64,000 bases of DNA, taken from positions 186,001 through 250,000 of IMG/VR virus record IMGVR_UViG_3300028920_000022; one strand, 5' to 3'. The notes beneath the pieces are model-generated. The model saw only the letters and a program-made list of their open reading frames with translations. It ran no database searches and had not been told where the DNA came from. The translations under genes and the position numbers were made by a program. Below, in pieces: positions 8,935 through 18,519 of this stretch (the first letter of the stretch is position 1; the number at the start of each line of letters is the position of its first letter).

Positions 8935-9393
8935 GTGTCGAATGATAATAACGAAGATCTGTACGTTATTTTAGGATGCTTTGGAAGAGTAGACGATGGT
9001 TTTGTAAGTTGTCCAGGGATTGAAAATAAGATATTAAAGGTTGGTGATCATATAGAGAATCATAATGAAATGATGGATTATTTCGATAGTTGTCGCCTGT
9101 TTGATAGGGCAATGTTCGAATATTCTGCAATCCGGCATTTCATTCATAATTTACAAGATAGATTCGATCAAATAGCTGCCGGAAAACGGCTTTGGTCAGA
9201 AAAGCAATATACGCTCTATCAAAAATTTATTATAGATCATAGACTTTGTGGTCTATATTTAAGATTAGATTTAGATATACCAGTCAGTGAACCAGTTGTT
9301 GAAGAAAAGGCGGTAAGGATTAAGGCACAAAGCAAGTGTTTGATTAGTCCTCCGCAGATTAATCTTCGGTTAATACGGGGTCACAAAAGGTAG
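8935..9393 (+). CDS. hypothetical protein
   Basis: GTG ORF filling the gene array. Confidence 0.55.
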   Translation: MSNDNNEDLYVILGCFGRVDDGFVSCPGIENKILKVGDHIENHNEMMDYFDSCRLFDRAMFEYSAIRHFIHNLQDRFDQIAAGKRLWSEKQYTLYQKFIIDHRLCGLYLRLDLDIPVSEPVVEEKAVRIKAQSKCLISPPQINLRLIRGHKR

Positions 9394-9401
9394 AGCGCAT
9401 A

Positions 9402-9641
9402 ATGTCTGATCATCCGTACATAACAGAAGAAGAAGAATATTTGATTCAAGCAACTTTACAGTTACTTGAGTCTAGACGGCGTGTCTATTCTTCCTGTTTA
9501 TCTTGTGGATCGCCCATGCGATGCGGTCCTGTTTTGGTTTGTGCGGAATGCCTTGGACATCAATGCGAAGTTTATGAACAAGTAGCTGAACTTCCTGAGG
9601 CGGAAGATAAAAACAAGGAGAATGATGAGCCCCGAGAATAA
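9402..9641 (+). CDS. small Zn-finger protein
   Basis: CLSC...CAEC. Confidence 0.55.
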   Translation: MSDHPYITEEEEYLIQATLQLLESRRRVYSSCLSCGSPMRCGPVLVCAECLGHQCEVYEQVAELPEAEDKNKENDEPRE

Positions 9642-9855
9642 AAATATTATGTATCATGCAGTGTTAGATATTTTGAAAATTAAGTACCCCGAAGACGAAC
9701 CTCAAACGAATAATAAAGAAGCGGCTAAATCTATTATTTTAGCGTTCGAGGCTTTGGAAGACATAGAGAGTCAGCAAAAAGTTATAGATGATGGCAATTC
9801 TGCAGGAGAAACTACAGAAACTATCTTGAGTTCTGTGTTCAAACGAGTCAACTAG
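9622..9855 (+). CDS. hypothetical protein
   Basis: AAGGAG SD plus ATG. Confidence 0.55.
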   Translation: MMSPENKNIMYHAVLDILKIKYPEDEPQTNNKEAAKSIILAFEALEDIESQQKVIDDGNSAGETTETILSSVFKRVN

Positions 9856-9875
9856 GGATAAAATCCCATTCTTGT

Positions 9876-10109
9876 GTGCAAAAGGGTGAAAAACATAGGC
9901 GTCGTCAAAGAAGGAAGCGTTTACTTTTGAGACTACTTAAGGACATTTTAAAGGGAGATTTCGATAATACACCGGAGTTATTGGATAAATTATATAATAA
10001 TAACCCACCTAGACGGCAATATATGAGTCCCAGGGAACGAGATTCTTATAATTATGGATATAAAGAGATAGATGAAATGGGCGCCAGCACACCCAACGTA
10101 TGGAGATAA
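9876..10109 (+). CDS. small basic hypothetical protein
   Basis: GTG ORF with an Arg-rich N-terminus. Confidence 0.4.
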   Translation: MQKGEKHRRRQRRKRLLLRLLKDILKGDFDNTPELLDKLYNNNPPRRQYMSPRERDSYNYGYKEIDEMGASTPNVWR

Positions 10110-10110
10110 T

Positions 10111-10506
10111 ATGCGAACGATTACTGAAAACCTTAGAAATAGAATGGTAGCAGAAGCTGAAGAAGCTGAAACTCAAGGCTTGGTTAAAATTGCTGAAAAC
10201 CTTACGCAGCAAATTGAACGCAATGATGTGCGCCCTACCGATTCACATTATATTTATTCCAGCGAAGACTTTATGAGCGATGTGGAAACAAAATTATGGG
10301 ATGTAATCGTAAGAACTGCAGATTTTCATGGAAAACATATTGATGCAGCTCAGGCTCAAGCAATTGTGGAAAGCGTGGCTACAGAAATGGTACACGAAAT
10401 TCGCAACGCTATTGGCGTTGAGCATGGCGTAGGTGCTTTTGAACCGCCTGTGCCAGGTGAAAATAAGAAAGAAGTTCTGGTAAGTGTGGATGATGATGAT
10501 GAATAA
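10111..10506 (+). CDS. hypothetical protein
   Basis: GGAG SD, ATG at 10111 (MRTITENL...). Confidence 0.65.
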   Translation: MRTITENLRNRMVAEAEEAETQGLVKIAENLTQQIERNDVRPTDSHYIYSSEDFMSDVETKLWDVIVRTADFHGKHIDAAQAQAIVESVATEMVHEIRNAIGVEHGVGAFEPPVPGENKKEVLVSVDDDDE

Positions 10507-10951
10507 TGGTGTTAAGTTAGATCCAAACAAATCACGTTTCAAGCCCAAAGAAAAGAAAAAGACTCAGGAAGATTTCGAAAAAGAAATTGCTGATGTTCAA
10601 CAGAAAGATGAGTATCTGAAAAATAAAGCTATACAGCTTTCTAATAGATACCATGACGCTGTAGATGACAAGACTTTACCCGAAAACAGGGGTGTTTTAG
10701 GTAAGGATGTAGAAAATGAAATGATCAACGATCTTAGCCAACTAGCTTTGCATTTGAATAATGACGAACATCAGCCTGAAGGAATAGGATCTGTTGGTGT
10801 ATTAACTGTGCTTTTACACGCCGTTTTGAGTTTAAGGGATCGTGTAAATCTTGTTGCCTATAATACGGAACAGCATTTTAAGAAGTTAGCAGAGAGAGTG
10901 GATACGTTAGAAAAGAAGCTTGAGAAAGAAACGTCGAGCGAGGACAAGTAA
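10499..10951 (+). CDS. hypothetical coiled-coil protein
   Basis: ORF overlapping the upstream stop; exact start within the ATG run is uncertain. Confidence 0.6.
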   Translation: MNNGVKLDPNKSRFKPKEKKKTQEDFEKEIADVQQKDEYLKNKAIQLSNRYHDAVDDKTLPENRGVLGKDVENEMINDLSQLALHLNNDEHQPEGIGSVGVLTVLLHAVLSLRDRVNLVAYNTEQHFKKLAERVDTLEKKLEKETSSEDK

Positions 10952-11161
10952 TTGTCAAAAGAGTTATATTCCTCTGAAGATATCTTGGAGCTTCTTTCTG
11001 AAGAGAAAGAATCGTATGGGGAGTATGTACGTTTATGCGAGAGATACCGGATACAACCGAACCCGATAGCGACGGCAGTCTCTCTGGCGAAGGTGGAGAT
11101 GTTGAAGAAGATTCTGGCTGGGAAACCGATGTATCGTCGAATTTTAGGAAACCAAAAGTAA
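10952..11161 (+). CDS. hypothetical protein (overlaps the next gene by 127 nt)
   Basis: TTG directly after the upstream TAA; plausible protein-like composition. Confidence 0.4.
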   Translation: MSKELYSSEDILELLSEEKESYGEYVRLCERYRIQPNPIATAVSLAKVEMLKKILAGKPMYRRILGNQK

Positions 11162-11709
11162 AACAACTCATAGACCTCGCAAATGAAAAACAGCCACTTA
11201 TAGACTTGCTTAATCTTTATCGTATTCATTTTCCAATTATAACATATAGCCCTAGCGGCTGGACACATAAAACGCAATGTCCGTTTCCTGACCACCGTGA
11301 TAGTAACCCATCGTTTAATTACAACTCAATAGAAGATAGGTTTAATTGTTTTGGGTGTGGTAGATCTGGTAGAGCAGTTCAGTTTAAAGCGGCAATGCAT
11401 AATCTTTCCGTGATGCAGGTTGCCGAAGATATAATTGAAAAGTTTGGATCGCTAGAAGATGCGTATTTAGAGATTAAAGAGCGAAAAGAAGACCTGTCAG
11501 ATGAGCTTTTGTTAGATTTTTCTTTGTACTTTAAAGCGTTTGTGGACAAATTTTATGGCAATGATAAAGCTTTATCGTTTGCCGAGTCCCTAGCTTGGAG
11601 TTTGGATTTGTATCTTCTGCAACACGCTTCCGATCCGTTTTTTAATTATACTAACTTGGAAGCTAGAGTGTCTCTTTTAAAAGAAAAACTGGACGAATAT
11701 TGTGAATAG
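11035..11709 (+). CDS. CHC2 zinc-finger protein (stand-alone DnaG-type zinc-binding domain)
   Basis: CPFPDHRDSNPSFNYNSIEDRFNCFGCGRSG...AMHNLSVMQVAE; no Toprim domain. Confidence 0.85.
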   Translation: MREIPDTTEPDSDGSLSGEGGDVEEDSGWETDVSSNFRKPKVKQLIDLANEKQPLIDLLNLYRIHFPIITYSPSGWTHKTQCPFPDHRDSNPSFNYNSIEDRFNCFGCGRSGRAVQFKAAMHNLSVMQVAEDIIEKFGSLEDAYLEIKERKEDLSDELLLDFSLYFKAFVDKFYGNDKALSFAESLAWSLDLYLLQHASDPFFNYTNLEARVSLLKEKLDEYCE

Positions 11710-12883
11710 AACGATAATTGTAGGAGACATTCACTTAGGTAAGGGTGTTTCTGTTGGTAAGCCAGGTATTGGTAACGCCATTAATAGTCGTGTTGCTGAT
11801 CAGTTGCGTTTGTTGAATTGGATATTTGATCAAGGGGTAGAGTATCAGATTGATAGGTTCATTATTACCGGAGATATATTTGAAGATGTAAAACCGGACC
11901 CACAACTTATTGTAATATTTGTAGATTGGTTGAAACGATGTGAGGACAGCGGAATAGAGTGCCACATTATTGCGGGAAATCATGATATTCGTCGTACTGG
12001 CGATATCTATATTTCAGTTTTGGATGTGGTTACTGCTGCTGGTTTAAGTAATACCACTATTTATAAAAACATTCACACTATTCACACAGATGGGGTATCG
12101 TTTACGTTATTACCTTTTAGGGATCGTTTATCGTTAGGGTGTGAAACAGTAAATGATGCCTTACAAAAGATTGGGGAAAAGTTGCCGTATGAATTGTTGG
12201 ACATTCCGTACAACAATATTCCTGTGTTAGTGGGGCATTTGGCGTTGGTAGATTCGTTTTATACTACCGAGTTGGGTGATGCCGCAAATGAGTTGATGTG
12301 TCCGTATAGTATGTTCGAAGGTTATGAATATGTGTGGATGGGACACGTACATAGTCCACAGATTATGCAGAAAAAACCTCATGTTGCGCATATTGGTAGT
12401 ATGGATTTATCAGATTTTGGTGAATGTAAACAAACCAAAATCCTTATTTTATTCGATCCTACACAGCCGCATAAGGAAATACCTGTTCCTAGCCGACCTT
12501 TGGTGAGAATAAAGAAGGATATTGGTTCTGGAACAGATCCTACACAGTTTTTATTGGATCTAATCAATAAATTAGATGTTAAAGATGCAATTATTAGTTT
12601 GGAGGTTAAACATTTAGACCCAGAAGGGGCAGAGATAGACCGAGATAAAGTGTTATCTGCTTTATTTGATGGTGGGGCTTATCATGTTTCTAGGTTTTCT
12701 GAGTCTAGAAATGTGGCGGTAGTTCCGGAAGACAAAAAAGAATTGCTTGAATACACCGTAGATCCAAAATCTGCCATCAAATTGTATGCTGACATGCTCG
12801 AATATGAAGACGAGCAGGAGAGATTATCATTTTTACAGTTTTGTGAAGAGTGTGTAGAGGAATACTACGCCAAGGAAAAGTAA
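11702..12883 (+). CDS. sbcD: SbcD/Mre11-like metallophosphoesterase nuclease
   Basis: GDIH, TGDIF, AGNHD, GHLA, MGHVH motifs; directly upstream of an SbcC-like ATPase. Confidence 0.9.
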   Translation: MNRTIIVGDIHLGKGVSVGKPGIGNAINSRVADQLRLLNWIFDQGVEYQIDRFIITGDIFEDVKPDPQLIVIFVDWLKRCEDSGIECHIIAGNHDIRRTGDIYISVLDVVTAAGLSNTTIYKNIHTIHTDGVSFTLLPFRDRLSLGCETVNDALQKIGEKLPYELLDIPYNNIPVLVGHLALVDSFYTTELGDAANELMCPYSMFEGYEYVWMGHVHSPQIMQKKPHVAHIGSMDLSDFGECKQTKILILFDPTQPHKEIPVPSRPLVRIKKDIGSGTDPTQFLLDLINKLDVKDAIISLEVKHLDPEGAEIDRDKVLSALFDGGAYHVSRFSESRNVAVVPEDKKELLEYTVDPKSAIKLYADMLEYEDEQERLSFLQFCEECVEEYYAKEK

Positions 12884-15027
12884 TGCAGCCCCTTAGATTA
12901 TATATAGAAAACTTTATGGGCAATAAAAAGAGTGATTTGGATTTCACTTCTTTTAAATCTTGCCTTGTTGTGGGGAAAAATAAACACGATCCTCGTGAAT
13001 CTAATGGCGTTGGTAAAAGTACCATCTTTAAAGCAATAGATTTTGTGCTCTTTGGTAAATATCCCTCTGACCATATTGAGGAAATTATATTTGAGGGAGC
13101 GGAGAAGTGTACAGTCTCATTGGAATTTGAAGCTGGTGGCAGTATTTATCGGGCAATTCGCATTCGTCATAGCAGAAGCGAACTAAAACTGGAGGAAAAG
13201 GCTGGGGACAAATGGATACCTAAGGGTCAGAGAACCAGTAAGCAAGCTACCATTGAGTTAAAAAAGCTCGTTCCTATTAGTTATGGGGCTTTTAATAGCT
13301 CTGTTTTATTTGCCCAGGGTGATTTGAGTGGTTTAGCAGAAGCCACGCCAGATAAAAGGAAGGCAATGTTAAAAGAGCCTCTCCAACTGGCTGTGTATAG
13401 TAAGTTCGAGGAGATTGCTAAAAAGAAAACCAAGAAGGTTGATGAGGAATTGCTCCTGGTAGAGAATCAGATCAAAGCCCTTGGTAATCCCCAAGAAACT
13501 ATTGACGAATATTCTAAACGAATAGAAAAAATAGTTCAAGAAGTTAAACAATGTAAAAATATTGTAGACATTATTCGTGAGAAAAACAATAAATATATTA
13601 AAGAACGTGATAAAATAAGTAAAAAACTTGAATCTGCTTCGGGCAGTTTGGGCAAATTAGAGGTTTTAAATACTAAAATCGCTAATCAACAAGCTCAAAT
13701 AAATAAATTAAACAGTAAAATAGAGAAAATAAACAGAGATATTGTAGAAAAGAAAGCAGATTTGAGGGGTTTGGAGTTATCAATTAAGTTATTGAATGAC
13801 GATTTGGAGAAAATCAACGTACCTTTGAAACCTGAAGAGGAAATAGAGCAGAATATAAAAGAGCTGAGGGAATCTGAAGAAAAAGGAATTGCATATCTAG
13901 CACAGACACAGGCACAAATAGACGCATGTGCACATACGTTGCCGGGCGAAGAGGTTTGTCCTCAGTGTCAACAGGGGATCACAGACGATTATCGCGAGAC
14001 TTTTATTAAAGAAAATAGCTCTAAAAAAGATGATTTAACCGCTTCTTATAAAAAATATTACCAAAAACTTACCAAAATACAAACGGATATATCTAATTTA
14101 AAAATAGAACTCAAAAATATTACCAAAACAAAAGCTAAAATAACTTCTTTGAAATCCGAAATACAATTAAAAGAATCTAAAATAGAAAATGTTAAAGAAA
14201 TAATTGAACAGTTTAATGCTTCTATAAAAGACGGCACGGAAGCTCTTGAATTAAGCATGAAGGAGTTGGCAGAAATACAAGAAGAACACAAATTATTATC
14301 TAAGGAACTAGAAAAAACTAACGTTACCCAGCTACAAAACAAAGAAAACGAATTAAATTCTACTATTTCTGAAACAGAAAAGGAATTAAATGAAGCATTA
14401 AACAATTCTTCTATGAAAAATAGGGAACTTGGTAATGCAGAGTCAACCATTGATAGGGCTAGAGAAGATTTACGTAAAATTGAAAATTATAGTAAACAAA
14501 AAATACAACTTGCTAAACAAATAAAAACACAGAAACGTGGAATATTTGCTTTTAGTCCCAAAGGAATTCCAACTTTAATTATAAATACTATACTTGACGA
14601 TTTACAATTTGAGGTGAATTCTTTATTGCAAGAGCTAAGACCAGAATTGGGAATGAAATTTATTATCTCTAAAGACGAAAAAGATACATTAGATATTATA
14701 TTTACTGTTGATGGAAAAAAACGAAGCTATAGTTTATTATCTGGTGGGCAAAAAATGTACATTGCTCTCAGTTTAAAAATGGGACTGTCACTTTTAATTC
14801 AAAAGAAACTAAATGTTAACATCAATTTCTTGGAATTAGACGAAGTAGATCAGTCTTTGGATAAAGCGGGAGTAGAAGCATTTGCGGACGTAATACGTAA
14901 ATGGCAGGACAAATTCAAGATTTTTGTTGTTACTCACAATGATAGTTTGAAAAATAAGTTTTCGCATGCCATTCTTGTCGAGAAGGGCAAGGATGGAGCC
15001 CATGCTAAAGTGGTTACTCAATGGTAA
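12883..15027 (+). CDS. sbcC: SbcC/Rad50-like SMC ATPase
   Basis: Walker A SNGVGKST, long coiled coils, central CPQC zinc hook, LSGGQ signature, LELDEVDQSLD Walker B/D-loop, VVTH. Confidence 0.93.
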   Translation: MQPLRLYIENFMGNKKSDLDFTSFKSCLVVGKNKHDPRESNGVGKSTIFKAIDFVLFGKYPSDHIEEIIFEGAEKCTVSLEFEAGGSIYRAIRIRHSRSELKLEEKAGDKWIPKGQRTSKQATIELKKLVPISYGAFNSSVLFAQGDLSGLAEATPDKRKAMLKEPLQLAVYSKFEEIAKKKTKKVDEELLLVENQIKALGNPQETIDEYSKRIEKIVQEVKQCKNIVDIIREKNNKYIKERDKISKKLESASGSLGKLEVLNTKIANQQAQINKLNSKIEKINRDIVEKKADLRGLELSIKLLNDDLEKINVPLKPEEEIEQNIKELRESEEKGIAYLAQTQAQIDACAHTLPGEEVCPQCQQGITDDYRETFIKENSSKKDDLTASYKKYYQKLTKIQTDISNLKIELKNITKTKAKITSLKSEIQLKESKIENVKEIIEQFNASIKDGTEALELSMKELAEIQEEHKLLSKELEKTNVTQLQNKENELNSTISETEKELNEALNNSSMKNRELGNAESTIDRAREDLRKIENYSKQKIQLAKQIKTQKRGIFAFSPKGIPTLIINTILDDLQFEVNSLLQELRPELGMKFIISKDEKDTLDIIFTVDGKKRSYSLLSGGQKMYIALSLKMGLSLLIQKKLNVNINFLELDEVDQSLDKAGVEAFADVIRKWQDKFKIFVVTHNDSLKNKFSHAILVEKGKDGAHAKVVTQW

Positions 15028-15218
15028 ACGCTAAACTAACTACCGCCTTTTGTGTTCGAAGTATGGTCTTCGATTCTAAAAATGGTGCAGACTTAGCCAA
15101 TGATTTGTTTTACAAGGGCACAGAAACAATTAGAAAAATAATTGCTGTAGAATATAACAATAGAATCTTTTGTACAAATCCCTTGATTTTAGTGGGAGAC
15201 GAAGATGGAACGCAGTAA
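15021..15218 (+). CDS. small hypothetical protein
   Basis: Fills the gap, overlapping both neighbours. Confidence 0.4.
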   Translation: MVNAKLTTAFCVRSMVFDSKNGADLANDLFYKGTETIRKIIAVEYNNRIFCTNPLILVGDEDGTQ

Positions 15219-15567
15219 AGTAGTAGAATATTTGAGCAATCTAACTGTTACCGAGATTTTGTCTCTAACCAAAGAGTTAGAAGAAAAATGGCAAGTTTCT
15301 AGCGCTCCTGTTTTTGATACTGGACCCAAAATAACTGAAGAAGTTGTAGAAGAGAAAACTGAGTTTGATGTTGTTCTTACCAGCTTCAATGATAAGAAAA
15401 TAACTGTGGTAAAAGAAGTACGTGCCATTACTGGTTTAGGGTTAAAAGAAGCCAAGGAACTAACCGAAAGTGCTCCTTGTAATATTCGTGAAGCCGTCAG
15501 TAAAGAAGACGCGGATGAGTTGGTGAAACGATTGGTTGATGCAGGTGCATCGATGGAGTTGAAATGA
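15205..15567 (+). CDS. rplL: ribosomal protein bL12 (L7/L12), full length
   Basis: LSNLTVTEILSLTKELEEKW N-terminal domain; EEKTEFDVVL, KITVVKEVRAITGLGLKEAKELTESAP, AGASMELK C-terminal domain. Confidence 0.95.
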   Translation: MERSKVVEYLSNLTVTEILSLTKELEEKWQVSSAPVFDTGPKITEEVVEEKTEFDVVLTSFNDKKITVVKEVRAITGLGLKEAKELTESAPCNIREAVSKEDADELVKRLVDAGASMELK

Positions 15568-15785
15568 TTCGTAATATCCAATTATGTATTTTTCTGGGCT
15601 GTCTTTTTGTTATTTTGGATTGTGTTTGGGCAATAGGCGCCATCCAAAACAATGATTTGGTATTAGCGGCTTGGTACATAGTTCTAGAAACTGTTGTTGC
15701 TATTGTGTGGATGTTAAGCGTTTATTTCCATTTTAAAGAAAAAGAAGAGCTAGAATATTCGAAATCTGAAGAGGAAGAAGAATGA
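15564..15785 (+). CDS. small two-TM membrane protein with acidic tail
   Basis: Two hydrophobic segments, C-terminal EEEEE. Confidence 0.5.
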   Translation: MIRNIQLCIFLGCLFVILDCVWAIGAIQNNDLVLAAWYIVLETVVAIVWMLSVYFHFKEKEELEYSKSEEEEE

Positions 15786-16402
15786 TTATTGGTATTTCGG
15801 GACAAGCTTGTAGCGGGAAAGATACTGCTGCAGATATTCTAGTAAAACAATATGGTTTTGTTAAAATTTCTTTAGCAGATTTAATGAAGCGTATTTGTAA
15901 AGAAGTGTTCGATTTTAGTGAAGAACAGTTGTGGGGACCCAGCGAGAAAAGAAATGAACCTGATAAGCGTTATTTAAGCCCAGATGGTGAATATCTTTCC
16001 GCGCGAAAAAGTCTTCAGCTGATTGGAACCGAGTGGGGGCGCAAGTGTTATGAAGATGTGTGGGTTGATTATACAATGCGCATATCTAAACAACTTTTAT
16101 CTAATTACTATTTAAGATATACATCTGTAGATGGAGTAGTTCCAACTAGACACGCTATTGCCCCTTATAAGGGGGTGGTAATTGCTGATTGTAGATTTTC
16201 CAACGAAATTTCTGCAATTAAAAAAGCTGGCGGCAAAGTATTAAGAATAAAACGACCAGGATCTGGGTTAGTCGGAGAAGCTGCAGCTCACGCCAGCGAG
16301 ATGGAACAAAAATCCATTCCAGATAGCGTTTTTGATTATGTTATTGATAATGATGGCACTATTGAGGACTTAGCTGTTAAGTTGGCTGAAATTATGCATT
16401 AA
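15782..16402 (+). CDS. deoxynucleoside monophosphate kinase
   Basis: IIGISGQACSGKDTAA P-loop, RKSLQLIGTEWGR, VIADCRFSNE, HASE, IDNDGTIEDL. Confidence 0.85.
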   Translation: MIIGISGQACSGKDTAADILVKQYGFVKISLADLMKRICKEVFDFSEEQLWGPSEKRNEPDKRYLSPDGEYLSARKSLQLIGTEWGRKCYEDVWVDYTMRISKQLLSNYYLRYTSVDGVVPTRHAIAPYKGVVIADCRFSNEISAIKKAGGKVLRIKRPGSGLVGEAAAHASEMEQKSIPDSVFDYVIDNDGTIEDLAVKLAEIMH

Positions 16403-16417
16403 TTAGCATATTGGCGT

Positions 16418-16726
16418 ATGCTGATTAAGAAAATTGTTGCAGATAAATATTTGAAACTTCTTCGCTCAAAAGGGGAAGAAGGGCTGTATAAGTCTGCTGT
16501 AGGCAATGGTATTATTCTTTCGGTTAGACTGAAGAATCCCGATGTAGAACTGCTTAATATGGCAGATGGTTTCTTTGCCCTGTATAGAAGGGGAGGAAAA
16601 AACTCCGAGGATTATTTTCTTATTGGTAAAGCCTTGCGTCGTGCTGCTCACGCATTATATAGGCAATTTCTACGCATGGACAAGAATAAGGCGGTAAATA
16701 GACGTTTCCTCAATATGGTGCAATAA
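16418..16726 (+). CDS. hypothetical protein
   Basis: ATG ORF. Confidence 0.6.
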   Translation: MLIKKIVADKYLKLLRSKGEEGLYKSAVGNGIILSVRLKNPDVELLNMADGFFALYRRGGKNSEDYFLIGKALRRAAHALYRQFLRMDKNKAVNRRFLNMVQ

Positions 16727-17710
16727 ATGGCGGTTATAAGTATAACAGTTACCGAATCCCCAATTCAAAAAGTGGAAGGCATACCCGCTACTATTGAATT
16801 ATCTACCAACATACCCGCTACCATATTTTACACTTTGGATGGAACAGATCCCACCACATCTTCAGATATCTACGTTTCTGCTATAACAATGCCCGCTTGG
16901 GGAGCTGTTACGTTGAAAGTGTTTGCTACAGACGGTGTAAGTAGTTCATCTATTCTAACAGAAGAATATGGGGCAAACATGACCACTAACCGGGTACCCC
17001 ATGCTAAGGTTACTTTAACAAATACAGGATATGCTGGAGAAGATTTGTTTCCGTTTGGAGATGTTGCTCCCACGCAGCCGGTGCAATATGGCGCTTTGGG
17101 TGGGGTAGACGTTGATGATCCTAATACTACAGGATATTCAGCGGGATATGATGGAACTGCTACGGGAACATCTGCAGCAGAAACGGATGAAGAATATAAT
17201 CTCACTAATTATGAAATTAAATATTCTGATAGAGATCGGCTAGGACAATACGAAGCTATTGGTACGTTGCCGGCTACCGTTTCTATTGTGGTACCCCCAG
17301 CACCACCAGAGCAAAGTGATGCTAACAGCAAAATGTTTGACCCTAGGGCATTGGTTATTGTTCAAGATGGCAGAGAACCACCAGAAGATCCAAACATTTC
17401 CCATATAAATAAACAATTTTTTTCGCTAACCAACAATGAAAGATCAAAAGATGGAGCTTATTATAGAACTACAGCTTTTGAAGGAGCTGTTCCTACCGGT
17501 TCTCTTGTAAAGTATTATTATAATCCAAGAGAAGATATTTATACATTTTATTATCGCGATGCCGATTCTAATAGATGGATTATTTCTAAGGAACCAAGAA
17601 CTGCATCTACAAGTCGTTCCATATCACAAATTGCTTTTCCATCGTCGAGTGGCAGAGCGGGTCCTAAAGTATTTCAGTGGATACCATTTAAACGGTCCAG
17701 ACTGATTTAA
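16727..17710 (+). CDS. protein with N-terminal Ig-like (CHB_HEX_C/Fn3-associated) domain, possibly structural
   Basis: PATIFYTLDGTDPTTSS...TLKVFATD signature. Confidence 0.6.
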   Translation: MAVISITVTESPIQKVEGIPATIELSTNIPATIFYTLDGTDPTTSSDIYVSAITMPAWGAVTLKVFATDGVSSSSILTEEYGANMTTNRVPHAKVTLTNTGYAGEDLFPFGDVAPTQPVQYGALGGVDVDDPNTTGYSAGYDGTATGTSAAETDEEYNLTNYEIKYSDRDRLGQYEAIGTLPATVSIVVPPAPPEQSDANSKMFDPRALVIVQDGREPPEDPNISHINKQFFSLTNNERSKDGAYYRTTAFEGAVPTGSLVKYYYNPREDIYTFYYRDADSNRWIISKEPRTASTSRSISQIAFPSSSGRAGPKVFQWIPFKRSRLI

Positions 17711-17712
17711 AC

Positions 17713-18513
17713 ATGCCCCATAAAAAAGAATCTGACTTATTTCATTTATCGGTCAGCAAAGTTAAGACGTTTTTAACGTGTAAAGCTAAGTATCGATACC
17801 AATACATCGAACATTTGCCAAAGATAGAACGAGATTTCCAGGTTTTTGGCAGTTTTTTACATGAAGCACTTGAAGAATTTCAATCTTCTATTATAGGTGG
17901 GGTCGAAGCACCAGACCATATAAGAATGAAACTTGCTTTTTCCAAAGCTATGAAAGGTGATTGGGGACCAAAACTTACTCCAGAACAAAAACAAGAATGT
18001 ATCGATGTATTAAAAGAATATTTGGTTTTTAGATATAATAATCGAAATGCTCCTTCAGAAGTTTTGGAAGTAGAAAAACCGTTTTCTTTTGATTTAGACG
18101 GTAAGGTTCTTTTAAATGGGTTTATAGATGTAGTACAAAGAGATGCTGACGGAATAATACATGTTGCTGATTATAAGAGTAGTAAAGAAAAGAAGTACTT
18201 GAAAAAGGACTTATTACAATTAAAAACCTATGCCTTGGCGTTGATGTATAATGATTCTGATATAGATAAGATTCGTTGTTCTTATGTGATGTTGCGTCAT
18301 AAGTTTGATCCTATTCAAAAAGAGTTTGAGCGTTCTGAAATAATGCCGGTAGCTGATGAGTTTCTTGAATATGCTGAAAATATAAACGCCGAGAAGCTTT
18401 ATCGACCATCTACAGGACCTTTGTGTAAGTTTTGTGACTATTTGGGTAAATGTTCCGAGGGCAAAAAATATATCCTCAAAGGTGATGATTCGTTTGGAAT
18501 AACAGATTGGTAA
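17713..18513 (+). CDS. PD-(D/E)XK RecB/AddB/Cas4-like nuclease
   Basis: LSVSKVKTFLTC, VEKPF, GFIDVV, ADYKS, QLKTYA, CKFCDYLGKC (1+3 Cys arrangement). Confidence 0.85.
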   Translation: MPHKKESDLFHLSVSKVKTFLTCKAKYRYQYIEHLPKIERDFQVFGSFLHEALEEFQSSIIGGVEAPDHIRMKLAFSKAMKGDWGPKLTPEQKQECIDVLKEYLVFRYNNRNAPSEVLEVEKPFSFDLDGKVLLNGFIDVVQRDADGIIHVADYKSSKEKKYLKKDLLQLKTYALALMYNDSDIDKIRCSYVMLRHKFDPIQKEFERSEIMPVADEFLEYAENINAEKLYRPSTGPLCKFCDYLGKCSEGKKYILKGDDSFGITDW

Positions 18514-18519
18514 GAAAAA

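Noticed and set aside
17713-18513. Cas4 as part of a CRISPR-Cas locus
   Set aside because: There are no other cas genes or arrays in the window; stand-alone RecB-like nucleases are common in phages.
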